Shown here: positions 1 to 12,171 of the stretch, piece by piece
Numbering within the stretch: the stretch's first letter is position 1
Layout of the letters: every line of letters begins with the position of its first letter
Origin: Pecten maximus
Taxonomy: Eukaryota
DNA length: 64,000 nucleotides
Direction of reading: 5' to 3'
Assembly (NCBI RefSeq): GCF_902652985.1
Contig: NC_047022.1
Span: 7,006,001 to 7,070,000, forward strand
Translations under genes and position numbers: made by a program
The notes under the pieces: generated by a model
Databases searched by the model: none
What the model was told of the DNA's origin: nothing
What the model saw: the letters and a program-made list of their open reading frames with translations, nothing else

Positions 1-313
1 CTTATCAAAACCATAATTTTAGCTCCGTTTTTATGATAAAAAATAGTTCATCGTGACTAATCATAATTAATACTAAAACTTATAAACTCGCAATGATTTT
101 CGTGTATGATTTTTTTTTCAAATTTTATTTATTTATTTTTTGTTGTTATTATTATCATCATTATTTGTTGTAATTGTGCCATTATTGTGAAGTGATTAAG
201 ATCATTTTACTTCCATTCGTGTGTCGCAAGTCATATCTTCACTTAAACCAGGACTTTAAAAATATATAAACATGTTTGGAGTTAGTATACCGCTTAACAA
301 TTACCAGGTGTGA

Positions 314-484
314 AATTACGGTCCACAAGCTCGTCATACCTGTCACTGCACCACAGACGTACCTCGCGATAACCGCAATCATGGTTTTTCTAATGACAGG
401 CGTAATGACCAACGTCAAGGTCGACGTCATCATCAGCGTGATAATCACACTACACAAGGTCAAAACCGCTTTGAGCGCCGTTAG
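314..484 (+). pseudogene. C-terminal fragment of LINE ORF1 (R/N/D/Q/H-rich tail)
   Basis: Open frame NYGPQARH...RRNDQRQGRRHHQRDNHTTQGQNRFERR ending at TAG 482-484, in the same frame as ORF2. Confidence 0.6.
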
Positions 485-3400
485 GCCAGTCTTCGACTAG
501 ATGGTTGGAACGTAAACGGTTGGTCCAGGCATGAAAATGATAACTCTCGGTTTAGAGGTACAGTTATTCAACACTTTAATCTCGACGTTATTGCATTGTG
601 TGAAACGTTTTTAACGAACAACGAACAAATAGCCGTTGATGGGTATAGTTTCTTTGGTCACAACAGAGCTAACATTCATACGCGCGCCAAACGCGGTTCT
701 GGAGGGGTAGGATTCCTTCTGAAAACATCTATACTGAACTATTTCGTTGTATCTGATCTAAATAAAGACAAAGATGTTTATTGGATAAAAATGAGATCTA
801 AGTCTGACGATTTTACCATCTGCCTGTGTGTGTGTTACTTCCCCCCTGAAAACTCAACTCATTCACATGATCCCTGCATTGCCTATTCAGAACTTTTACA
901 TCAAGTACACATGTACCAAAATGAAGGTCACGTGTTTATTTTTGGAGATTTCAATGCTAGAACTGGTGACCTATCCGATTATATCGAAGGCGTTGACCGT
1001 GTTCAACACAGACATTCCATAGATACTACTTTAAACTCTTATGGTGATCATTTTGTTGACTTCTGTATTGATTCAAACATGTGTATTCTGAACGGCCGTT
1101 ATAATGACGATGATAATAACTTCACATGTATATCCGCCAGGGGAAGATCGGTAGTCGATTATATGATTGTACCGCACGATCAGCTGCAATCCGTTACGGA
1201 CTTTAAAGTCAGGACTATGTCTGCAGTGATTGAGAGCATTGACGGTATTCCAGCTATGTCATACCCGGATCACTCTCTATTGGAATGCGCTCTGCTACTT
1301 CCCGTGAATGTTAATATTTCCAATATGCAGTGTAATCACGAGATTGGTGGTAGCGTGACTTCTGGCACCCGATATAACGCCAAAAAAGTTCCAAATGACT
1401 TCCTACTCGGACACCAATACCTACCCAATATAAACGCAACTATTGAACGCCTGGAAAACCATTTAAGCAATAGAGCAGATGTTAATTCTGCATATGACGA
1501 TTTTGTTCACTTTTTACATCTTAATATGGACAATGCCGGTATGAGAGTCCACGCGAAAACCAACATCAACTCTTCCGTAAATCCGACTACAAAACCATAT
1601 TGGAACGATGAGTTGAAGAGTAAATGGAACTCCGTTGCTACCAAGGAGCGTGCTTGGCTTAGATGTATAGATACTAATAAATCTCAAAAACGCCGTTTGA
1701 AGCAATTGTTTTGTACAGAACGAAAAGAATTCGATAAGTTACACAGGAAAGTCAAACGTCAGTTTCAGGCAAAACAAGTGAATGATCTACATGATAAATT
1801 AGAGCAACCTAACTCAAGGGATTTTTGGAAGGATATCGGGAATATAGGAATCGCTAATCACAGAACTTCACATATGCCTCTATTTGTTAAAGATGACGAC
1901 GGAAACATCATTAGTAACACACACGATGTTCTGGAACGTTGACGAACAGACTATACACGCCAAACGACGTAGAAGCTACAACGTATGATGATGATCACCT
2001 TGAGATGGTGAAGGGTCGTGCTACAAATAATACAGTGCCATTAAACAACAACCAGGATGTATCAAACCTCAACGCACCTATACAACGACAGGAGGTGCTG
2101 GACGCAATATGTCGTACCAAAGTAGGTAAGGCGGCTGGAGTCGACGGTATTCCGGCGGAAGTGTTAAAAAACGACGCCTGCGTGGATATCATGTTCTCAT
2201 TTATCAGCTATTGTTTCGACCATGGAATCGTCCCTGATAAATGGAAGCAGGGTATCATCAACCCTCTTGTCAAACCAAATAGTACTGATCCTATGGACCC
2301 TTTGTCTTACCGAGGTATAACCCTATTGTCCGTTCCTTGTAAAGTTTATTGCGATATCCTCAACCGTCGTCTTTCTTCCTGGCTAGAGGAAAATAATATC
2401 CTACACGACGCGCAGAATGGTTTTAGGAAGGATAGAAGTTGTCAGGACCACGTGTATTCGCTATACAGCGTCGTGAAAAATCGCATCAACGCTAAACAGT
2501 CGACCTATTCATGCTTTATAGACCTACGCAAAGCCTTTGATACGGTCGTCAGAGACTGTTTATGGTATAAACTTCTACAGACTGGAATAAAAGGTGAGAT
2601 TTTCAAGGCTGTTTTTGCTCTTTATGATGGTGTTTCTTGCTGCGTGCGCGTCAACAACCTACACACTGATTGGCTATCTGTGTCACGTGGGGTAAAACAA
2701 GGTTGTTTAGCCTCCCCAACACTCTTTGCAATTTACATTAATGACTTGATTGAGGAACTTAACGCTTCAGAATTTGGTATTGACATCGATGGTGTCTTGG
2801 TTAGCTGTCTCTTTTACGCCGACGACATTGTGTTAATGACGTCATCAGAAGAGGGTCTCCAATCCCTTCTGAACATTGTCTCGTCTTGGTGTTCTCGATG
2901 GCGCCTTTCTGTTAACGCTGGAAAGACTAAAGTCATGCATTTTAGACACAAAAGTATACCTGCTACTCAGTTTTCGTTCACCTGTAATGGACACTCTCTT
3001 GAACGTACAGACCGTTATAAATACTTAGGACTCTGGTTCGACGATTACGCAGATATGAACATCGCGGTGAAAGAACTGTCTAAATCCGCAAGCCGAGCCC
3101 TCGGTCTCCTCATCTCTAAGTTTTATAGTGCCGGTGGAATGACTTATTCAGTATTCACAAAGTTATATGAGAGTCTTGTTGAGCCTGTCCTTCTTTACTG
3201 TTCCGGTATTTGGGGACAGCCCCAACGAAAACAGATAAACAATGTCCAAAATCGCGCTATGAGAGTTTTTATGGGTGCTTCCAAGAACACCTCTAACGTC
3301 GGCATGTTTGGAGACATGGGATGGTTATCTACGCAAAGTAAGCAACACATCGAAGTATTTCGTCTATACTGTCGAGTTAACTCTGTTAATAGTGATCGTT

Positions 3401-4033
3401 TACTCAATAAAATTCATTTGTGGTCCAAGCGGAGAGGAACTTCCTGGGATTCGCGGGCACTTCGGCTCAGCCGCAAATATGATTCCCAAGACATCGTAGG
3501 ATCTGGAGCCAAACCCACGAAACAAATCATGAACATGATCAAATCTAAAATTAGACATAAAGACGAAAGTGAGTGGTTTGGCCAGATGTGGAATGACCGT
3601 GGCAACCCTAATGGAAATAAATTACGGACTTACAGGATTTATAAGAAAGACCGAATAACCGAGCAATATGTGAACATTTACATGCCTAGAGCTTACCGAA
3701 GCGCGCTAACCAAGGTGAGATGTGGTAGTGCACCGTTAATGGTAGAGACTGGTCGCTACAATAGACCTCCTACTCCATTAAACGAGAGATATTGTCCGTT
3801 CTGTGAGGATGTAGTCGAAAACGAAATGCATTTGTTTGTGTGTCTGTAATACATATAGTGACTTAAGAGTTAATCTGTTTAATCAAATGGAACATAGTGA
3901 TGTAAATTTTAAAAATTGTGATCATATTGGAAAGTTTAATTTATTAATGACAAATTCAGATGTCCAATTTTTACTTGCCAAAACTGTATTTTTAATGTTA
4001 CGTAGAAGAAGAACGCTTATGCAATTTATTTAA
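485..4033 (+). pseudogene. LINE ORF2: AP endonuclease + reverse transcriptase + C-terminal CCHC knuckle, disrupted
   Basis: APE motifs WNVNG, LCET, GDFNA, VVDY, PDH. RT motifs YRGITLLS, QNGFR, DLRKAFD, GVKQG, FYADD, YKYLG. C-terminal CPFC..H..C. Lesions: TGG>TGA at 1940-1942 with an adjacent frameshift, and a second frameshift near 3835-3845. Confidence 0.93.
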
Positions 4034-5237
4034 CATCTGTTTCTTATTTTCCGTGTCTGTTAATAGCCCTTTAATTCATAAAATTGATATAGTTAAGACG
4101 CATTTTATAATTATTTTATGTTGTCTATGTTTTTTTAGTCATAATGATATCCACATATATCTTATGTATAAATTTATAAATTTGATGATGATAGTATTAG
4201 CATGTACATAAATGATAGAGATGTTGATATTTATACCATATCTAACCTGTCACTCTGAAAGAGTATTCAGTGATGGGATTTGTGCGACTTGTCGGTAGGG
4301 ATAGGCTCAACCACTCTCGTGCTTCTCCCATCACTGGCTTTGGTACAAGTGTATTTTCAAACAAGTACTAGTCATAATATAGTTGCTATCATTTTTAATT
4401 ATTTATACATTCCGTCCATATATGTGCGTATGCAGTTATATTTTAAAACCGATAATGACTCTTTTAAGAACTAGATCTTTGTACTTTTAGTTTGTCTATT
4501 ATGATTTCTGATTCGTATTGATATATTGTATGATATTATATATTTATTTAATAGTGTATATAGATAATGTTCTAATAGTGTCTCATAAGCCAAAATTGGC
4601 TGGATGTCGATATCAATTTTATGCTAAGTCTCAAATGCTGTTTTATTATGATTGTATTGACATGTGACACTTTAATAAAATATGATTGATTGATTTGATT
4701 GATTGGTGTCTGTGATTTCTGGCGTTCTAATCGGCACACGCTGATAATTGCTTGGGGGGTTGACGCGTTTGGTTTATATGCACTTCAAAAAAAGCCCCGA
4801 AGATATGGTTGTACAGGTTATACGTAAATTGAGCTATACTAAACAGAATACATTTTCAAGTGGTTGAAATAAAACACATTTTGTTTGGAATTCAGTGATT
4901 TTCGTTTTCCCTATAGAATAATTTACCTAATTTGACTCATTCATATACCCATGATGTTGAAAATTTATTTTATGAATCTTGTCCAGGAGTTGCTTATCTT
5001 TCATGGTCAAGTTTTACAATTATCCGAAAATCACAAATAACAGTATCTGCATTTCGTATTTGCAACGTATCCATTACTGTTTTGGCAAGTAAAAATTCAT
5101 TTTTTTAGCATTTATTTCACATCGTTTATGAATTTCATTTCAAACTTCTATTACTAGAAGTATTATAACCGAAATCAATATTGGTATGTAACAAATCATG
5201 CCCTCATAATAAAGTATGTATGATGTAATCCGTTTTC

Positions 5238-5672
5238 GTGTGCGTTTAAAATTGACGATGTTTTGGTCGGACGTAATGGCTGCTTAATTACAAAACTTGG
5301 ACATGTCGATAAGACCCAATGGATTTTCGAGAATACGATAAATGACAACAATGTGCATGATCAATAAGACTATATCCCATAAGTATGATAGTTTTGGGTT
5401 AATGTGGTAACTTTTGTAGTGGCCTAAATAAAACGATGTGCTTTTTGTGTGCGTTTAAAATTGACGATGTTTTGGTCGGACGTAATGGCTGCTTAATTAC
5501 AAAACTTGGACATGTCGATAAGACCCAATGGATTTTCGAAAATACGGATGAATGACAACAATGTGCATGATTAATAAGACTATATCCCATAAGTTTGATA
5601 GTTTTTGGTTAATGTGGTAACTTTTGTAGTGGCCAAAATAAAACGATGTTCTGGTCTGACGTAATGGCGGAT
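5238..5672. repeat. Tandem duplication, unit about 210 bp, two copies plus a partial third
   Basis: gtgtgcgtttaaaattgacgatgttttggtcggacg starts at 5238 and 5447; aatgtggtaacttttgtagtggcc at 5401 and 5611. Confidence 0.92.
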
Positions 5673-6207
5673 TAACCAGGATATGTCGAATAAGTTCCAG
5701 TACATCTATACACACATGCGCAAAGCCCGATTTACCTGTGCTCGCGTGTGTTTGATAGGGGACAGGGCGCTCTTGATAAGGGATATGCTTGAGTTGTCAC
5801 GAATAAAGGGAGCCACCACTGGTATGGGGAAATAGCGATGTTACTTATCTCTCTACATATTTCTCTGATAATAGAAATGTATATGTCCCTGGTTTCGGTA
5901 CACTTGTTATTAACTAATTCACAAATATAACTCAAAATGTTTATTCAGCACTTACATTATTGTTGTCTAATTCGCATTAGTTGCAGGCACGTGTTCACGT
6001 TTGTTTCTATATATTTTCTTTACGGCAGTTCTGATCCCGTTAAACCTGTGACGTCACAGGTCGGAGGTCACCGAAAGGAGGTCAACGGATTTGGGCGTGT
6101 GGTGTGTTTTCGAAAAATAACCGCAATTACTCTAAAACTAAAGTCGCTAAGAAAGTCGGACTTTCAGCATTTTTAGTTTCATCCTAAATCACATTTTTTA
6201 AGCTTAA

Positions 6208-6395
6208 ACTTTAACACTAGCCTTCCACCTCTGGGTTGCGAGTTCGAAACCTACGTGGGACAGTTGCCAGGTACTGACCGTAGGCCGGTGGTTTTTCTCC
6301 GGGTACTCCGGCTTTCATCCACCTCCAAAACCTGGCACGTCCTTAAATGACCCTGGCTGTTAATAGGACGTTAAACAAAAATAAACCAAACCAAA
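6208..6395 (+). mobile_element. tRNA-derived SINE, family A, 5'-truncated
   Basis: Near-identical to 21570-21775. B-box GTTCGAAAC, core TTCTCCGGGTACTCCGGCTTTC, (AAACC)n tail. Confidence 0.9.
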
Positions 6396-6456
6396 GTATA
6401 TATTGTATTAAGCTGTTACATACGATTAAGAGCCCCTCTAAATGTTATTAGGTATC

Positions 6457-6893
6457 GGATTAACCGGAGACCTATATACATGTATACTAAATAAACAAGA
6501 AATATCTTTAAAAAGATAAACGGCATAGTTTTAATGCTGGTGGTTATAATGTAATACTGCTGGTGAAATAAATCAACGAACTAATGCGTTTCAGCACGGA
6601 TAACAAAATTAAATCAGTTTGAATCATTTTTGATACTAATAATAAGACTGCATTTGAATCAGGAATATGATTTTATTAATGTGTCATTTGAAAAGATACA
6701 TCCACTTATTTAGCTTGCATTCAATCTTAACTTTGATTCGCTTTTAACTACATATCTGAATTTTCCATTTACCGCTCCATTGACCAATCACATTCTTCAT
6801 CTTGACCTGTAACGCCACCTGTCGCGTCATATCCATGGCCAAAACAAAATTAGACGGCTATGCCGAAAAAATAATAAAGGTCTCTGGATTAAC
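6457..6893. mobile_element. Putative MITE with imperfect TIRs
   Basis: GGATTAACCGGAGACCT at 6457 versus AGGTCTCTGGATTAAC at 6878. Confidence 0.5.
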
Positions 6894-7751
6894 TTATATT
6901 TTTGAAATCGTTATTATTTCAATACACATGCAGATATTTCATTAAAACATTGTTATGAATTAATTAGGAAATAATTAACGATGATTCGTGTATTGTTGCA
7001 GGATATACAACGAGGACGAGGATTTTTTGCAATTAAATTAATAACGAACGCCGCAGGCTCGTCTAAAGTAACCGTTATGTAAATGGGTGAATATTAGATA
7101 CATATAATTGTAACAGCCGTGACTCCCGAGCGTGTATTATTTAAGGAATAATTAACGATGATTCGTGTGTTTAGTTCTGAGAAATACCTCTTTCTAATAG
7201 AAAAAAAAACGGCAAAGAAACCCCGGAAAAACATTGTAATTTATTTCTTGAGTATTGCATTATTTGTTGATAAGATATACATTTCTTTACAGGCACTGCT
7301 GTACTACGATCAAGAACATCCATCATATAACATTGATTTTGAAAATGTAAAAAAAAATGATGAAAAAAAAAACGGCCTTCGTAGGATTCGAACTCGCGTT
7401 TTTAAACCAATCAAAACTGGCGTTGCTTAGCAAACATGGTAGAATTTCTTACATATTTTTTTCAATATTCATATTACTTATTCATCTCGTAAATGATCAG
7501 ATGATAGATTGACCAATATTTTCTAAAAAAAAAAAACAACTGTCTGTGTATAATATTTAATAGTTTGTTGTTGGTGATGTTGTTAGTGATGATAAAAGTC
7601 ATAACTGTAGACTCATCGGTTGGCCAACCTTTTATTATGGTTTACGTACATAAATAGTTCCAACAGTAGCGAAATGACTTATCCTTGGCTGCAGAAATTT
7701 TACCTTTTTTTTTTGTACAGTTATTTGTGAATTCGTATTTGTTATAGATAC

Positions 7752-8928
7752 CTTCATGATCACATACGGCCTGTACATTGATCGAGTGGTAGCCTTTCCG
7801 GTTGACAAAATTAGGTTCGTCCTTTGTTGGTGCTTGTATCCGAATGTGTGTACCATCAATACTTCCGACAACGCCTGGGAATCCACCATGCTGATAAAAC
7901 CCCTGTTGTATTTTCAATTTGTCTTGTCTGTTGACCGGCCATTTGATGAATTGTGGTATCAGTGAAGACAAAACTTCCGACACTTTGCGTATCACCCGCG
8001 ATACAGTAGATTTATCAGCCATAATTGTATCGCCAACAACCTGTTGGAATGTTCCCGTCGCATAGAAGCGCAGGGCTATCAGCACCTGAGAAAATGGGTA
8101 CGATGAATAAGAGCTAATTGTATCCAGAATACTAAAACCATTCTATAATAACTATAGACTGGAAAATAACCAAACAAACAAACAATATTTCATATAGAAC
8201 TAGCACAGCATGTTGTGTGTATTATATTCGATTTTCTTTTCGACTGTAAAATCCTACTGTCGCGAAAAAAAATTATAATAAAACATCTCACGTAGGTGGG
8301 CAAAGTCCGACTTATTCGTTCAAACGTACATTATAGTCTAACCAGAGACATATATAGAATTTATAGAAGTGACATAACCCCTGCTGACAGCGATCACAAT
8401 GTCAAGGATAGGTACATGTATATGTTATGCTACTGTACTAATCATTATGAATATAATAGAAACGAAAATTAAACACGATCAAGAATATAACACTATTTAC
8501 AATATATGCCACAATAGATTAATTCACCTTCTATATTAGATCGTTTTACTAATTGTTATAACCCCACATGTGCCCCTTGGGATCGAGTACGTCCTACGTC
8601 ATCAGATATGCGTTTTACAAAATTATGGGATGTCAATGCAAGTGTAAACAAACAGACAGTGGCTTTGAATGTACGTGGATTGTAAGTATTGTATGTTTAC
8701 CTGCATTTCCACCGATAGCGCGTTGCTTCTTTTTGTTGGATATTCAAGGCGATCTCTCACTATGCCAATAATAAATTCGATACCAGCTCTGCCAAACCTA
8801 TACCTCGCTCTAAGTTGGTCATCATTTAGGTCAGCTAACGGCGAAGACCGGTCGTAGTGAACTCGCGGTCGACGAACCCGGTTCCCTTCCTCTCCCAGAA
8901 TATCAAACAACAGATTCATCGCCATCAT
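7752..8928 (-). pseudogene. HARBI1-like Harbinger transposase, exons 8928-8701 and 8085-7752, later exons missing
   Basis: RYRF and ALSVEMQ|VLIALRFYATG joined by a phase-0 GT-AG intron. GFPGVVGSIDGTHI carries the first catalytic Asp; NRKGYHSINVQAVCD is followed by a GT donor at 7751. Confidence 0.88.
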
Positions 8929-9147
8929 TTAGCAGAACTATGCAGTTGAGGAGGTTTAATCTTGGTTTAATGGAGGCCTTAACCTTCATTAAAAATTGGG
9001 GAGTTAATCAAGCTTTAATCCTCATTTAAAGTTAATGAACGTTTGAGCAACGTCACATTTTCTGGAAATGACGTCAAAAAGTTAATGATGGATTAATGAA
9101 GCTTCAATCCTCGATTAACTTTTAATCAACCTTTGAACAACCGGTCC
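7752..9147 (-). mobile_element. Harbinger/PIF DNA transposon, 5' half only
   Basis: Terminus TTTGAACAACCGGTCC (9132-9147) followed by CAG target triplet, TTAA-rich subterminal palindromes 8955-9130, then the transposase exons. The other end was not found. Confidence 0.8.
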
Positions 9148-9206
9148 CAGGACATTGTCTTGGAGTGGCCCGTTGACCGCCTCCCGATTTCTGCCCCGAA
9201 CTACCT

Positions 9207-9691
9207 TTTATTTATTTATTTATTTATTTATGGGTTTTACGTCCGCTATTACGGCCTTACGGCCTTATAGCTGACGAGAACAGATGGGAAATTGAGTAGA
9301 GTGGGCACTGTATGGAGTGAAAGAAGAGAGTGGGAAAGAAGAGAAGGGAGTTGGTTGGAGAACTTATGGGTAATTTTTTAGACGACTCCCTGAGTCCGAA
9401 GGAGTTCTAACCTTGCACTGTTTAGTAGCATTTACGCCTACCCTATCGCAGAAGTGGAGAAGAGAGAGGACCCTACCCTATATATAAATTTGGTTTATCG
9501 AAGTTTTAACGTCCGTCTAATTAATACCTATTAAATGATATGAAAAATAAAGTATTGGCCTAAAAAAAACCTATCCTCTGGGCTGGCGTTATCACACCTA
9601 CTCTTCATCGAAAGACCGCAGAGGGATCTTTATCGTGCAAGTTGGACATTCTTACACGGGGCACCGTTTTAAGTCCTGTCCGACGGACTAG
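9207..9691 (-). mobile_element. 5'-truncated composite SINE (Deu/Nin-domain-like) with 12-bp TSD
   Basis: TSD CCCGAACTACCT at 9195-9206 and 9692-9703; the empty site is present in the inverted paralog near 13055-13072. Minus-strand (TAAA)n tail. Body contains GCACGATAAAGATCCC..GAAGAGTAGG. Confidence 0.8.
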
Positions 9692-10376
9692 CCCGAACTA
9701 CCTAATATGTGGTCCTTAAATACCAAAGATACACATGTCCAGTAGTCCACGTGGCATGGTGATATAAGCGTTTACATAATATTGTTAGATAATACATGAT
9801 AGCGCCGGGTATTTAATCTTATGCCCCTGGCACTTAACATGGTCAACAGACATCTGGTCAATATAAATTAGATAACCTAGCTTACTGCATGTCTGGTAAA
9901 TATCTGGCTGTCCGACTATACATATACACGCCAATATTTTTGTCTATTTAACTTAGCATTTTTGAAACAAAACATGTTTCGGTACAGGGGGGTTAAATAA
10001 ACGCATTAAGCCGTGAGTATTTATTACATGTTAAAGATCTTAAATCTAAAGCCCAAGGATAAGTTTGGACATGCCTTTATCTATGAAATGTGATCAGTGA
10101 TACTGCCAGTGACCTCCGGCCAATCAGCAGTATTGTTAAACTGGATTTACGTGTCATTGTGTCACAGTAACCACACTGAAACCTAGTCAGATCTACACTA
10201 GTTCTAGTACGAGGACAATTACACCACAACCGTACTACCAGGACGTCCTTCTTTTCCTTGTGTTCATTTAAAACATTTTAACATTGATAGAGGTAAGAAT
10301 GTTTTCATTGCTATCATTTACATTATATCCATTTATTATATATTATATGTTAAACTTGGTTGTCTGTCTTATTTGT

Positions 10377-10527
10377 TGGGTTGCGAGTTCGAAACCTACG
10401 TGGGGCAGTTGCCAGGTACTGACCGTAGGCCGGTGGTTTTTCTCCGGGTACTCCGGCTTTCCTCCACCTATAAAACCTGGCACGTCCTTAAATGACCCTG
10501 GCTGTTAATAGGCGGTTAAACAAAAAC
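10377..10527 (+). mobile_element. tRNA-derived SINE, family A, 5'-truncated
   Basis: Matches 21630-21770 from the B-box onward. Confidence 0.88.
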
Positions 10528-11800
10528 AGCTATTCTTTTTATCGGATTTAATAGATCGCCGAGCCTTTGCTCTCCAAATTTTAAAATTATTGTAATTTTC
10601 GACAGTTGGGGAAGTCAAAAATCGTCTTAGAGCTGCCTTTCGGCCGGATCTATTAATAAAAGATTCTTCAGATAAAAGAAACTTTGTAGGTTTTGGAACG
10701 GACTTTGGTATCGTTTTTTCGGCAATAGAAGTAAGAGTTTCGGTAAATGTTTTAATTGAATCATCGAGAATTTAAAATAAATTCGATATACATGTAGTAT
10801 GAGAGAGTATGTCACAAAAGTTATGTTTATTCTCAAAATGTTATACGATCACATATAGACATAGAAGCATGGAACAGTTACACAAATATAGTAGGTATAA
10901 ACAACAAAAAGTATCATAATGTTGTAAAAATGATCCCCCTCGGTCGATACTAAATTCGCCGAGGGCCTATTATGATTAATAAGGAAACATCTTTGGTAGT
11001 GTACAGATGCTAAAAGTAAATGAATGAATGAATGAACAAATAAATAAATAATATAACTTAAAGGTTTAACAGAAAAGCATCGCGGGTCGATTCGATGTGA
11101 TGACAGCGCGTGTTATGTCATGAATGTTTTTGTTATTGTTTTTTTCCCTCGATATGTACATTTCGTCCCGCAAAACTCGGCCCAAACAGCGGGTTGCAGT
11201 GACAATATCGGGTGGCCAATCCCATATTAAAATTAGTTCGTTTAAACGAAATGGAACCAATATTAAAACCATATAGATGTAATTGTGTAGAAAGGTAAAA
11301 TTTAGGCATTAGAAACCAAACAAAAAGGTGATCGAAAGATCCTATTATCGTGACGAAAACCGAATGTCAGGACGACTCGTCACAAACCGACAACATGTAC
11401 TCGCACAACTTATTCAGCCAATCAGCTGCTGTTTCATGTAAACCAAGTCCCTATAAGGAAAGTGTGTTTGTGGGGCCTGTAGGGGTTGGTTTGATTAATT
11501 AACATATGGAGTGGGTGCTTCCTATAAGCGAGAATATAGATTATAGGAATAAGGTTTGAAGAACAAACATATACATAGTCATATGATATTAGTACATATT
11601 TTTAAAATAAGATAAAAACATTCAAGAATGTTATTGCGTACACAATGTACATGTAGCATAAAAACTTCCACAGTATAACCAATATCCTATACTTGATTCG
11701 GTAAACTCGTTGATCCACTCTAATTGCAAATTGCTTGGCTTGATGTGTTCATTAATATGTTCAGAAGCAGTTTGTATAATTATACTAGTAGCCTGTTAAC

Positions 11801-12171
11801 CACCAGTTGTTCAAAAGTTGATTAGCTTAATCACTTAATTAGTGAAAATTTCATTTCTAATTTGTCGCATAACCACTGAGTATATCATCTTTGAATAATA
11901 CCAGTTGGAAGAGAATTACAAATTATAGAATTTCAAAAAGTTTTGTCAAGGAAGTTCTACCAGAAATTATTAGATCATGATTTGAAAAATGTTGTTAAAA
12001 AGTCCCTTGACACTGGTTCACATTTGGCCTTTTCTTGAGTTTTCGCCGTTAAGAGCAATGAGGAATGCTTTGGGTTCTATATCCTTGGCGAGACATACCA
12101 GAGTCTATAGATATATAAGTAGTTGCTATTTCTGCTTAAAGGTCAACATTTTAAGAGTGGGACGACCGGTG
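11801..12171. mobile_element. Non-autonomous Harbinger-like insertion
   Basis: Starts CACCAGTTGTTCAAAAG and ends GGACGACCGGTG (imperfect TIR). Absent from the paralogous site near 35911-35945. Confidence 0.6.

Larger units (their letters stand above)
312..4704 (+). mobile_element. Non-LTR retrotransposon (APE-RT LINE, RTEX/CR1-group-like), 5'-truncated inside ORF1
   Basis: ORF1-like tail 314-484, ORF2 485-4033, 3'UTR with AATAAA near 4674 and a (TGAT)n tail 4683-4704. Candidate 5-bp TSD GGTGT at 307-311 and 4705-4709. Clade assignment is tentative. Confidence 0.9.

Noticed and set aside
276-503. 74-aa ORF ending in a TAGATG stop-start
   Set aside because: The ATG at 501 is out of frame with ORF2 and closes after 4 codons; the ORF also crosses the inferred insertion junction.
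7642-8928. Domesticated HARBI1 host gene
   Set aside because: Flanked by a TIR and subterminal repeats, and lacks the exons for the other catalytic residues.
9265-9300. Hammerhead ribozyme (CTGACGA...GAAA)
   Set aside because: The intervening gaacagatgg cannot form stem II, and the stretch is the antisense of a retroposon tail.
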